A DNA stretch of 64,000 bases, from contig BROI01000019.1 in assembly GCA_027923505.1 (NCBI GenBank), forward strand, positions 372,001 to 436,000. The letters run 5' to 3'. The translations under genes and the position numbers were made by a program. This DNA is from Mayamaea pseudoterrestris. Lineage: Eukaryota. Shown piece after piece: positions 23,531 through 34,600 of the stretch; position 1 is the first letter of the stretch, and every line of letters starts with the position of its first letter. The notes under the pieces were generated by a model. It saw only the letters and a list, made by a program, of their open reading frames with translations, did no database searches and had not been told where the DNA came from.

Positions 23531-24643
23531 ATGTCGGTTACATCAAAATCTATTGGTACTAAATCATCGGTGGACCTACGCGTTCTAGATTGCGATGCTT
23601 GTCAGTTGGCAGCCTCCCGCCAGGACGCCAGTTCAATCGTGCTCGACGATGCGGCTGCACCCAACCAGCCCGACCAAATCGCCAACGATGACGTCTTGAC
23701 ACTAAATGTCGGAGGAAAGGCGACAGTGCAGACGCTACGCAGCACGCTAACTTTTGTGGAGGGCTCGGTGCTGGCGGCTCGGTTCAAGCCCAACTGGGAG
23801 CATTCGCTCCCGCGAGACAAGAATGGGAACATTTTTGTCGACCAAGATCCCGATTTGTTTCTTCCCCTCATTGGATATTTGCGACAATTGGCTTCATCGC
23901 CGAATATTTTGAGCCGTGGCGTTCTCCCAATGACACCGACCTTTGGAGATGCAAAGACCGAAGCTGCCTTTCGGTCTATGATTGATTCCCTGCTGCTTAC
24001 CAATGTTTTGTACAACTACGAGGTTCAACGCTACGAGAACGACAAGTTTGTCACTGTAACACAAAGCTCGTCCATTCTTGACTACGTCATGGACTGCGTT
24101 CATCCCACTGGATCAACTCCGCCCAGCTGCGTCTCGTACTGTCTTGGTCGGCCTTTTCGCAGCCTTGGACCTTGTCACGAACGCAAAGTGCAAGCGTTTA
24201 CGGCGGTTTGCGATATCTCTAGCTTGAACGCTGGCACACGCGTGGTGGTGGGCTGGACGTTTCGTGGTCCGGATAGTGTGAATGGCACCACCCATCTCAT
24301 CAAAAGCATTGTCTACGACACAAAGTTACGCACCCTCAAGTGGATATACAAGGACGGCAAATGGATGCATGGCAAAGCACTTCGCCTAAGCTACACTGAC
24401 GCATCATCAGTTGCGATCCAGTGTAGCATGCCAATTGGCACACGAGACTTGGAGTGGTACATCGACGGTGCTTTTGTCGCTTCTACTTCTCAGGCAGTTC
24501 GGCATGGTGACTGGAAGGCTGCACATGGAGTGTGGCATTTGGGAGTCGAGCTCCCAGAGCATAGCAACTATGAGTGGACTCCATATATCAAGGTGTACGC
24601 TTCAGGCCGTTGCCAATTCTCTCATGTTGAGCTGGAAGACTAG
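23531..24643 (+). CDS. BTB/POZ (KCTD, K-channel tetramerisation-type) domain protein with beta-rich C-terminal domain
   Basis: LTLNVGGK...TLRSTLTFVEGSVLAARF...DKNGNIFVDQDPDLFLPLIGYLR. Confidence 0.85.
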   Translation: MSVTSKSIGTKSSVDLRVLDCDACQLAASRQDASSIVLDDAAAPNQPDQIANDDVLTLNVGGKATVQTLRSTLTFVEGSVLAARFKPNWEHSLPRDKNGNIFVDQDPDLFLPLIGYLRQLASSPNILSRGVLPMTPTFGDAKTEAAFRSMIDSLLLTNVLYNYEVQRYENDKFVTVTQSSSILDYVMDCVHPTGSTPPSCVSYCLGRPFRSLGPCHERKVQAFTAVCDISSLNAGTRVVVGWTFRGPDSVNGTTHLIKSIVYDTKLRTLKWIYKDGKWMHGKALRLSYTDASSVAIQCSMPIGTRDLEWYIDGAFVASTSQAVRHGDWKAAHGVWHLGVELPEHSNYEWTPYIKVYASGRCQFSHVELED

Positions 24644-25210
24644 TAGTAGTGGCTGTATTGGTGTAACTACCGTAACTGTAAGGTTGTGTAGTTAACTGAG
24701 CGAATGAACTAACGTGCAAAATATAATTTTGAAAAGATAACCTGCTCTCCTTCAAACGATGAATGCAGCTGCAATAGCATGTAATACAATTACAAAGCCT
24801 TCCGACGGAGTCTTAGTACATAGAGCCGCGGGATCATGCTTTGGACGCAAAGCGATTACGCCGGGCAGTCATAAAAAATATCTCGAGAATCACCGTGATG
24901 TCTTGCAATGTCTTCCACGACAACGTCGGCGAATCTTTGTTCCGTCAATAGTGACGAAAGTGTAGACGAGTGACACTTGCAAAATAGAAATTCGCGCACT
25001 TCGTGTCTTCCAATTCGCCGAGAGACATAGATGACGGTATATTACTTAACTTCCTTGAACTTGTCGTCCCCGATTTAAAATCTCGGATGAACTTCTCAAA
25101 CGCCGAACATGCATCTTCTGCGAGACGTCGATCGTCGATCCATTCCACCTCTTCCAACGTCTCACAATATTACACCGTCGTAAACCTTTCACAATACAAT
25201 AACTACCAAG

Positions 25211-25507
25211 ATGATTCTCGGAATGACCATTATCATCCCCCACGACTGCGCTCCTTCCATGCCAAGCCGCCGCCGTCCACGTGAAGAATCTTCGCCCGCG
25301 CCCCGCGACTCTAGCCCTCGAGTTCCTCGGCGATCAAGCGATGCCATTGTAAAGACGACGGACTCGCCACCCAAGATGCCATCGCGAAGCTACACATACC
25401 TTGACATGAAGCAATGTGGATCTTACATGGCTCTACACGACCCAGATCGAGAGAAGTTCTCAGGGCTTGTAGTGAAAGCTGTGCACATGGTGGCAACCTC
25501 GGCATGA
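25211..25507 (+). CDS. Small hypothetical Ser/Pro/Arg-rich protein
   Basis: 98-aa ATG-initiated ORF with repeated D-x-x-P-x-x-P-x-R motifs (DCAPSMPSR, DSSPRVPRR, DSPPKMPSR). Confidence 0.5.
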   Translation: MILGMTIIIPHDCAPSMPSRRRPREESSPAPRDSSPRVPRRSSDAIVKTTDSPPKMPSRSYTYLDMKQCGSYMALHDPDREKFSGLVVKAVHMVATSA

Positions 25508-25720
25508 CGGCATGATGCCGAGTACCACAATACATGCACATAGTGGTCGGTGTCTCTCCGAATAAGTATTTATAACCAAAAAATTGCAATTTTGATAATA
25601 CCTTTGAGCTTTTTATGTAGACACAAACTACTTTCAGTTTCAATCAGCCATCAGACCATCAAACTATTGCGGGGTAGTAGGGAGGTGCACAAGTCTATTC
25701 TTTCTGCCAATCAAAGTCGA

Positions 25721-26455
25721 TTAAAAGCCTTCAAAAAACTCGTCATCCTCGTCAAAGTCCAGTAGCGAGTCGTCGTCATCATCGAACGACATAAACGACA
25801 TACTGCTTCTTTCAGAATGAAGTGACACATCCATGTCGTCGCAGTGGTCGGACATGGTGTATAAGATAGCAGATGACTTTATGGGCAATGAGAACAACGA
25901 AGAACTGTCTTGATCTTCGCCATAATTGAGCCATTCCCTTATCTCGGCTTCATTTAATACAGCCATGCGTTTTGCTTCCTGCATCGACAAGTCTTGCAAA
26001 CTGTGACCACTGACCAAAGCTATCCTTATCTTGCGAGCCATGGCATTCAAGCGATTGCAGGAGCGCGTCTTGTATTGATCTATGGGTACATTTGGTACAG
26101 TAAGGTAGTCCCAATCCAAGGAAAGGGGATACGACTCGGCAATGGGGTGGTCGCCAATGGTCAAGTTAAACTCGCGAGTTTCAACGTTTGAGAATTGCAC
26201 GCGACGAGCTGGGTGCTCTTGCCGTACGAGTGTAGTTTCCTTGATGATGTCGTGTGATTCCGTACAGTCTGATAGGTCCTCGTAGCTGAGTATGGTGGAG
26301 GCAGTATGGCACGATTCGTCGGATCGGCCCCAACTCTTTAGCTCTTCGCTGTCGTTCTGCAGAAGTGCGTCGAGAGCTCCGCGGCGTGGGCCGTAAGAGG
26401 AAGATAGAATAACAGACTCCATAGTTTCGTTGGTGTTGCTCTTTGTCATGGTCAT
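25721..26455 (-). CDS. Hypothetical protein with RVxF-type motif and GDHP...PLSLDW domain
   Basis: RRVQFSNVETREFNLTIGDHP...YPLSLDWDY and an acidic tail. First ATG at 26455. Confidence 0.7.
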   Translation of the reverse strand: MTMTKSNTNETMESVILSSSYGPRRGALDALLQNDSEELKSWGRSDESCHTASTILSYEDLSDCTESHDIIKETTLVRQEHPARRVQFSNVETREFNLTIGDHPIAESYPLSLDWDYLTVPNVPIDQYKTRSCNRLNAMARKIRIALVSGHSLQDLSMQEAKRMAVLNEAEIREWLNYGEDQDSSSLFSLPIKSSAILYTMSDHCDDMDVSLHSERSSMSFMSFDDDDDSLLDFDEDDEFFEGF

Positions 26456-26891
26456 GTTTGCGTTATTTGAAAAAAGGTAAACGAGAAGCTGTGAGATTTG
26501 TGACGAGATGAATGGCGCAACGTGTGTGGCGTGGTGTTTCAAATCGCTCCGCGTTTTCCGCGGAGTCTCCGAAATCCCGTGGGAGGCTTAATTAGTCAAA
26601 AATGACAACCTCCGATCCTGTTTCCCTCGATTCTTTTTGACATTTTGGTGTTTCATAAATATTGCCCTAGAAGTTGTAAATGACTCTCCGCGTAGATCAT
26701 CTTACGTCATTGCTTGACGCGTGGCTTTCTCCGATACCGTTCTTGCTGACGCCAGACGCGCAAGCACGCGTTGTGGCCAAAACGAAAAACGGTCAGACAT
26801 TCGACGATCTCGCCCATCCCTTGGCCAACGATCGTCGTTCCCTCAACCATGGCATCGATACTTGCAGAGAGCATTTCATTTCAGGCACATC

Positions 26892-28016
26892 ATGTCGTCT
26901 TTAGCTGCGACTCAAGCTGACGGCTATTACGTTGGAACTGCATACTTTGATTCAGGTGCATATAAAAAGCAGTCAAAGAACGATTGGCATCGGAAGCAGC
27001 GAAACAAGGAACAAGCGTCTGCGAACAGCAAAACGGACAATCATGAAGCGAAGCAGTTAGTGGTTCGTTTTGAGCTTCCTTATAGTGGACGCTGTGTTGG
27101 ATGTAATGCATTCATCATGCGAGGAACTCGGTATAACGCGACCAAGATCAAGACGGATGAAACGTATTTTACGACGCCCATTCACGAGTTTCGTATGAAA
27201 TGTCGCGCATGTCAAGAATGCGAGTTCATCATTCGAACTAATCCTCAAGCAAGAGGGTTTGACTATGTGTCTGGCATTAGACGAAAGATGGGGGACGAGG
27301 AGAGTGCTGATGGGATGCTGATGGCGAGTAAAGCTGCACCTACAGCACCGGTATCCGCAACTGCAAACTCTACAATGGAACTATTGGAGCAAAAACAACT
27401 TGGGCATCGCGTCGCTATTACAGAAATGGAGCAACTACAGATGCTTCAAACTTCAAATCGCAGCTTGTACGAACACGATGCAGATGGAAATGCTAGAATT
27501 CGAACTGTTTTTCGTAAGGACCGGAAATTGCGACACCAGCGCTTACAGCAAGGACAAGCACTGGGATGGAGAAATGGCATGCCCCTTTTGGAAGCGAGTT
27601 TGGAAGACACTTGCCAGGCGAAGGCGTCAGTCTTTGGAGACGTGAAACAGCGAGAGCGACTATCCTGGCAAAAATCGAATCGACAATCTGTATTTAATGG
27701 TGGCACAAACTTGACCACCATTGGTAAGACGAAGTGTCGAAATAGCATTGCGGATGACAAGGCTAGTGCCCGACCCGATGGGGTTGTCTCGGCAGCCACA
27801 GTGACTAGCCGGCGACGCAGTCGACGAGCCACAACAACAATGGTTGACTTGACAATTCCTGACGACCCAATACCAGCTTCGCAAAGGAAACGGAAAAGAC
27901 TACTTTTGACAACACCGACAGGAGTGATACAGACCATGCCTGTAGCTTCTTTAAAGTCTGCGCCAAGTGCGCTTGACAGTTTGCGAGACTGCTACGGATC
28001 GGAAGACAGCGATTAG
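26892..28016 (+). CDS. YJU2B: CWC16/YJU2 family splicing factor (CCDC130/YJU2B-like)
   Basis: MSSLAATQADGYY, VRFELPY..RCVGC..RGTRYNA, YFTTPIHEFRMKCRAC..IRTNP..FDYVSG. Confidence 0.85.
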   Translation: MSSLAATQADGYYVGTAYFDSGAYKKQSKNDWHRKQRNKEQASANSKTDNHEAKQLVVRFELPYSGRCVGCNAFIMRGTRYNATKIKTDETYFTTPIHEFRMKCRACQECEFIIRTNPQARGFDYVSGIRRKMGDEESADGMLMASKAAPTAPVSATANSTMELLEQKQLGHRVAITEMEQLQMLQTSNRSLYEHDADGNARIRTVFRKDRKLRHQRLQQGQALGWRNGMPLLEASLEDTCQAKASVFGDVKQRERLSWQKSNRQSVFNGGTNLTTIGKTKCRNSIADDKASARPDGVVSAATVTSRRRSRRATTTMVDLTIPDDPIPASQRKRKRLLLTTPTGVIQTMPVASLKSAPSALDSLRDCYGSEDSD

Positions 28017-28089
28017 AGTGGACGAGTACAGTACTAACTTATTGTACTGTACTGTAAACATAGAGGTGTCCATTTTTTCATTAGAAGCT

Positions 28090-28820
28090 TCAACAATGCA
28101 TCCAAAGTGGCTTAAGCTCCTCGATCCGCGCCCGCGCTAAACCCTCACGTTTCAAGTCCTTGGTAGCATCGGGTGTGGCATGCTTTACAACTCGTTCCAC
28201 GACCATTCGCGAGTAAAACTCAGCCAGCGATTCACCTACAAGGGATCATGCGGCTGCGGTCAAAAATGCTGTATTGCTTATCTAGCACCGTAAACATACT
28301 AGTGTACGCGAGGAGACGTGTGCCCGTGGCATTTATTTCATCGTGCGATGCCAGCTTTGCCCCGATGCGTCCACTTACGTTCCTTTCTAGCTCGTCAGAA
28401 TGGCCATCCGTTCCCCCATAAAATCTTCCACTCTTACACTACCAGCAGATGCATCCGCATTCTCCGCTTCCGTCATCCTTAACCATACAAGAATACACAT
28501 TAATCCCGCCCGGTCGCCCGGTTGAGCTATTGAGCAGTCCTCGCCACATCCTCAAGATGACTGTCATCGTTGTCTTCTCAGCAAAATTCGCGCCTCTTGG
28601 TGGTTATCTACTACTTGCTCATCATTCTATTTGTTGCAGTCGACTTTTAACAGTCTTGCATCTCGTTTCTCGTCATTTTGAACGATGGGTGAGGTAGTCT
28701 TGAATCGCAGCGGTTTTGATTGAGTAACATTGAGACATTTGGATGGTGTCCACTCCACAATTTGCATGTCAGCCATATCCTTTCTTGTAAGCATCAGTCT
28801 CGTCGATGCCTCTTTCAAAC
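28090..28820 (-). pseudogene. Probable decayed fragment of a Kelch/DUF4110 (KLHDC4-like) gene
   Basis: Minus-strand pieces LDKQYSIFDRSR, then after a frameshift LVGESLAEFYSR...KDLKREGLARARIEELKPL. These resemble the DUF4110 C-terminus as I recall it. Stops and frameshifts surround them; the 5' boundary is uncertain. Confidence 0.45.
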
Positions 28821-28896
28821 TAAAGTCAAGAGCTCCTGTTCATAGTATTTGCCATTGTAGAGACCGAGCACTGTGGATTAACGCTATAATTGAAGC

Positions 28897-29964
28897 ATGA
28901 CCACTACTACTACCGATAGTCAATTGAAGCAACCTCGCCGCCGCCTTTGGATTGGTGGGACTTCTGGTTTAGCGAGAACCTATTTCAATGCCTTTCCAGA
29001 TGAAGCATGGCTCGTAACTGGTCGAAAGAAGCCTTCTTGGCTGCCAACTCAGCATGTATTTTGTCCTGTCGACTTTACCAATCACTCGGACTCGTCTCCC
29101 ATTTACGACGAGCTCATGAACGTTGACGACGATTCTACTATTGATGAGATTATCATTGGCATTCGACCTCCCTTGGCTTGCTTCAAGTCGTTTGCGGAAG
29201 CAAGCAGAGAGTACACGCTCTTGGCGCAAGGAATGGAACGGTTTTTGACGCGGATTTTGGCCGTTCACACCAAGGTATCCACTGTTATTCACATATCGTC
29301 AGTCGCTGCTGTTGATCATTCCACGGAGCAGGTGGAATGGAACGAGTCGAATGTTTCAAATGCTTCCTTGATCTATCCCTACGACATTTTTAAGCGTGAC
29401 TGCGAGCTCATGACGGAGCGGCTTGCCAAGCAACACGAGATTTCTCGGTGGACCAATTTGCGGATTAGCGCCATATTTTCGGATGCGCCAAACTGCATTC
29501 AATGTGGAGCCTTACAACTGCAGTCCATGTTGGTATCATGCGCCATGATGCAAAAGATTGACTGCAATAGTGCTAGGAACGTGGCTAGCTGTCTGCATGC
29601 CATGCTGCAAAACGATGACAACCATTCTGCTCAAGCACTAGCACCCGTCTACTACTACACCCGCTGCACTGATCAACCGGTTCCATACGTGAGTCATTTG
29701 CTGGACTATCAGTTTGTCTACAATGTACGCTGGATTGTTTGGCTGCCGGTCTTTGCCACGGTTTGCTTCCTCCAAGTCTTTCACTTCCTGTCCAGTACAA
29801 TCTTGCCTGTTCTACAGTCACTGGACTACCTTCTGATCGTAGCCTCACAGTCGCATTCCTTCGACAATGGATTGGTGCATTCGCAATTTGACTTTGTGGA
29901 GGAAAGCATTGTGGAATGTTTTATCAGAAGGCGATTGTTGCATCGAAAGTCGGATAAAGCCTGA
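28897..29964 (+). CDS. NAD-dependent epimerase/dehydratase (extended SDR)
   Basis: Rossmann motif WIGGTSGLA, IHISSVAA, catalytic YDIFK (YxxxK). Confidence 0.8.
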   Translation: MTTTTTDSQLKQPRRRLWIGGTSGLARTYFNAFPDEAWLVTGRKKPSWLPTQHVFCPVDFTNHSDSSPIYDELMNVDDDSTIDEIIIGIRPPLACFKSFAEASREYTLLAQGMERFLTRILAVHTKVSTVIHISSVAAVDHSTEQVEWNESNVSNASLIYPYDIFKRDCELMTERLAKQHEISRWTNLRISAIFSDAPNCIQCGALQLQSMLVSCAMMQKIDCNSARNVASCLHAMLQNDDNHSAQALAPVYYYTRCTDQPVPYVSHLLDYQFVYNVRWIVWLPVFATVCFLQVFHFLSSTILPVLQSLDYLLIVASQSHSFDNGLVHSQFDFVEESIVECFIRRRLLHRKSDKA

Positions 29965-30534
29965 ATATGGTAGTCACACAAAACAAACTGCAGGTACATG
30001 TACTATCATATTGCTCTTGAGCGAGATGCTAATATACAATACGCGGAAACTATCCCGCTTTATACAGATACAATAGTTGCCTTTGTCTGCATGAGTATAT
30101 ATATATGATAGGAGTAACAAAGCTCTCAGTTCAGCGAATGAGTCAGGGTTGCTTGCGGGTTGAAGCAGTCGATCCATCAGGCATTCGGTCATTATTTATC
30201 GCAGGGGTAACATGCTTCGCTCATGACGTTGGCCTTACCGCCAATGAGAAGGTCATTCTAGTCGCGCGTGCTGTCATATCGAACGCTCGAAAGCATTTAT
30301 TTAACACGAGTCAACCCGTTGTTCAGCAATCCTCAGCGCGCGAATAGAGACGTGGCGTCGATGCGAACGCCTTCGAAGATGTTCTTTTCTTTGTCGTAGA
30401 TTCAAGGTGTCATGAAACCCCGCGAAGCGGCATCACATTCCTCGAGCCGATCACCTGTTGCAGCATAATTCGACACAAGACCTTCGATCCACACCGGATT
30501 GCCCAGTCAACCACCTCACAATAAATAAACAAGC

Positions 30535-31296
30535 ATGCACTTTCATCCCACGATTCATGACTTCCCCGACTTCGACCTAATCATGACCGACGACCCGATC
30601 ATTCCTCAAGCTGTTGCATCATCCGCCGGCCATCGCCGCCGCGTTACTGCGGATGATAGTCGCCTCATTGCCAAGGCTGCTTCAGCTGCTCCTCGCCATG
30701 CGGACGATTCCATTGTTGTTTGCGGCCGCGGCAAAGGGGCCTATAACCGCCCCGGAAATAAGCGTTTTCGGGCCTTGATTCGTAGCCATTTGGCTTCCTA
30801 CATGGGAGCTGCCAACAAGTTTCAAAAGGGTGTTATCATTCAGCGCATTGCGCAGGATGTTCAGACGCACGGACTCGTCTTTGTTCGCAAGTCGGCCGAT
30901 GCTGCCCATCAATGGAGCGAGCTTGACGCCAAGGAGCGTCGCGATAAGATTGGCCACGCCATTCGCGAGGCTGTTGCCGAGCAAAAGTCCAAGTCTCGCG
31001 TCACTCGTCCCCCCAAGCACCTTGCCATTTCGCGTGATGGCTACGAAGCGAGGCAGCCCGTCTTGTCTTCGTCCGACAGCGTTATCAGCTTGACCCCGTC
31101 CATAGATGAGTCTGATGCATTGGATCAGGACCTGGAAGATCGTCGCATTCGCTTTGATCGCATGCTTGAATCTTTTCGCTCGGGAAGAGGAGGTGGTTGT
31201 GATGAGACGGAACCGGCGGCGATTGAGCCTGAAAGCTACATCTTCCCGGCCATTGAGCCGGACTTTAGCACCAGCCTCTCCTTCTATCCGGTTTAA
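30535..31296 (+). CDS. DUF6824-type domain protein (diatom-expanded family)
   Basis: IVVCGRGKGAYNRPGNKRFRALI...KGVIIQRI...FVRK...W..L...RDKIGHAIR. Confidence 0.8.
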   Translation: MHFHPTIHDFPDFDLIMTDDPIIPQAVASSAGHRRRVTADDSRLIAKAASAAPRHADDSIVVCGRGKGAYNRPGNKRFRALIRSHLASYMGAANKFQKGVIIQRIAQDVQTHGLVFVRKSADAAHQWSELDAKERRDKIGHAIREAVAEQKSKSRVTRPPKHLAISRDGYEARQPVLSSSDSVISLTPSIDESDALDQDLEDRRIRFDRMLESFRSGRGGGCDETEPAAIEPESYIFPAIEPDFSTSLSFYPV

Positions 31297-31635
31297 AGCC
31301 CTGGTAGCGTGTTCCAATGTGACGTGAACTTAAACTTACAATGACATAGAATTATACGTGTAAAAAATCCCGTTACAGATAACATGCCATTCTTATAAAA
31401 TAGAAACCGCCGCTACAGCTTGCTGATTACCCAGAAGACCTTACCTGAATTAGTCTTCACATACCGTACACAATAATTTTCGCCCATGTTTCGAGCTCCA
31501 AACGATCATTCACATCAAGAAGTTCGAGAAAGGTGCTTGCTGCAGTAGTACCGTATGAAATTGCTATCAAACAAACAGCGCCAATTGATTTCAAACATAA
31601 GCGCCAGCCGATGACAGTTTAGCCAAAAGTTGAAC

Positions 31636-34600
31636 TCAACTAAACAATGTGCGTCCACCTGAATTGAACCGCCCTCCTCGACCGCGGCCTGGACCTCCGC
31701 GACCACCAAAACCGGCACTTCCAAGTCGACCAGGCAGTGGCGTTGACGGCGCCGCCGGTTTGGGCTTCGTGTCAGCTGCATTCAGCCGCAGGTTTCCTCC
31801 ACTAGTGCCAAAGTTCTTGTCGATGTCGTCCATGGAAAGACGGTTGCGGATCTTGACCAGCTTCTCTTGTTCCAAGTAAACATTACCCCCAGTGAATTCC
31901 GCATTGGCGCTTTCCGCTTCGTAGCGCAAGACTCTTTGCTTGATGGCGTCCCGTTCGCGAATGGCTTCATCGTCTTTCTTGGAAGCGATTTGAGCCAGCT
32001 TATTATCCGACGGCACAATTAATGATTTGATCTCAATTTTTCCCTTGTTCCCCTTCTTCAGCAATTGAAAATTGACCCCCATCTTTCCCCCCAGCGCGTT
32101 GACGGTAGATGACATTGGAAGAGCGAGACTTTCCGCTGGAGTCGGGTCAAGTGTCTTTTTCTTGATCGTGCTAATCTGGCTTCCCGATGGCATTAATTCG
32201 GCGACCTGCTTTCGCGAAAGATTCTTGCCCTTTTCGAGCGCATCCATCGTGATCTTTCGGAGCTCACGCTCAAATGCTTCTTCCTCAAGCTGTCTCATAT
32301 ATGCTTCTTCGTCAAAATCTTCTTCGTCTTCACTGCTTTCCTCTCCATATTCATCGTCAGAGCTTTCAGCCGACTGCTCGGCGGTGCCTGGCCCTTCCGA
32401 CAGTAAATCACCTTCGACTTTATCGGAAACACTTTCTTGTCCACTTTCAATGCTGTCTTCGTCGTCTTCAAGCTGGGAATTTGATTCGTCGTCGTGCATC
32501 GAGTCATCCAAGGCAATGCTGCTCGACTTGGCGTCCATCAAAGTATCAGCTCTAATTGTTTCGTCGAGCTGTCCTGATTCTTCCATCGCCACAGTTGCAT
32601 TGTGGGCATCAAGCCAGGACGAATAACGAGGAAAACCTTCTTCTTTTAAACTTTGGTTTTTATTGGATGGCAGACTTTTTGTCACCTGTCGCCAACGCGA
32701 ATCGAGAACATCAAAGGTGTCCAGCAGTGAAAATTCGAGCTCGACCGGCAAGCTAGACTTGATAAAGAGGTATCTCTGGAACGCCGCCAAAAATCCCTTT
32801 AGTCGTGGGAGATTAGCTCTGGTGACAACTAAGTTGGCCGCAACATCAAGCAACGTGCAGACAAGCTTGATTCGGTAGGCCGAGGTAGGTGGGTCAATCG
32901 GCGTGGGAACACGCGGATCGTAAACAGAATGCTCCGACACGGCAACAGGCTTTGGCTGAGCTGAGATTGCTTCGTCCATCGTTACCAGCTCCGAATCATC
33001 AAGCTCTTTATCTTCTTGAATAGTTTGTGAGATGCCAGTCGCTGACTTGTAACCTGAAAGTGGGGGTAATTCTGTAACTGACATATCGCCGTTCGCAGCA
33101 ACGAGCTTCTTGCTCGCCTGTCGGAGAGCATGCGGTATCTCGTGGCCAATGTTGATGAAGTCATACAGATGCTGAAGTAAAACTTGTCCAGAGATTTGGC
33201 TACTGCAAAACAACTCTCCCAAGAGTCTCGCATACATTAATACTCTCTGCTGGTCACGGAAATCTGGATGTTCGATTCCCCATCGAAGCTCTTCTACAAC
33301 CAAATCGATCAATTTCACAGAGACTTCGCCCGCACTTCGATGCGCCCTGATTCGTTCCGCAACAGAGGCAATGGCCTGAATCGTCTTATACCTTCCCTTG
33401 CGGCATGCTTTGAGCATCAAGTTTGCCACCAACGCTGCGCAATCGTACGAAGGATCGTTCCAAGGTAAGCGCAAGAGTTGTTTTACTGTTGATGAAATGG
33501 AGCTTTCAGAAGAGTCAAGGTCAACGAGGAAGAGATGTCTCAAATAAGTCTCCAATGGAGGATATTCCTTCGCCTGTTTGCGTGGCCCGGCTGGTAAGGG
33601 ATTGACAGAATACATTGCGGCTTTTATGAGCGATTGCGATCTCTCGTCTAAATTCTTGGCTTTGCTAAGGCGTATCATTATCTCCATCAATGAAGTCAAT
33701 CTCGTGTTGGTCTGCGCATTGAGCCTGTAAATGAACCGACCACAAGTTTCCAGTAAGCAGCACAGAACATCAACATTGCTCCCTGTAAAGTCATCCAGAC
33801 ATCGACGTAGGCATCGAAGAAATACAATGGGCGGTGCCACTGAGAATTTCGTCAATTCGCTAATGTAGCGAGCAGTGCGAAATCGAGATTCTATGTGTTG
33901 ATTTTTCTTATATTTGGTCTGGCCATGAAACTGCTGCTCCAATTCTGAAACCAGTAATTCCGCTACAACATCCGGCCAGATACGGTCGATGGTGGCGGCC
34001 ATTCTCGAATAATATGGAAGTAAGTCAAGACGGTTACGCGGAACAAGAAACAACGTGCGGATTAGTCGTTTTCGTGCGCTTTTTGATGACCCATGATTCG
34101 TGCAGAAACGCTCAGTCAGCTCGTCAATCTGTGCACGCTGATGGCACTCTGGCAGCTCTTGTTCAAGGAGCATCATAAGTCGATAATGAGGCGTATCTTT
34201 GTTCTCTTCTTCCGCTGCTTCGTTCGCTTGATCTGCAAGCATGATATCGCCCTCTGCATCATTCAACTCCGCTTCTGTCATCTGCAATAATTCCGATGGT
34301 CCATCATCGCCCACGTCCTCGTCGTGCTGTGCTTCAAATCGTTTCTTATTATCTTCCTTTCGCTTCTCTACTTGCTCCGCTGTTGATCCCAACAGCGCTG
34401 GAGGAATTGTTGCAAGCAAATCGGGAATATCAGTGTAGAATGCACGAGTTTCTGCGTCGCCAAATGGACCAAAGTCATTCTCACCGCCTTCGCCGCTTTT
34501 CGTCCAAACTTCGAGTCCGCCACCACCGCCCTGAGCTGCATCGTCCCCTGCTACTAGATGGGGAACTGGTTGATCGAGAACGTCGGCGAGTGCCTCTACA

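Noticed and set aside
24945..25157. Protein-like minus-strand ORF (EEVEWIDDRRLAEDACSAFEKF...)
   Set aside because: No ATG start, no convincing splice acceptor and no recognisable domain.
26721..26891. N-terminal extension of the YJU2B ORF
   Set aside because: GTG start; the family-like N-terminus begins at ATG 26892.
30682..31317. Long antisense ORFs opposite real genes (also 52756-53460 and 32072-32626)
   Set aside because: Shadow frames of coding sequence with no independent motifs.
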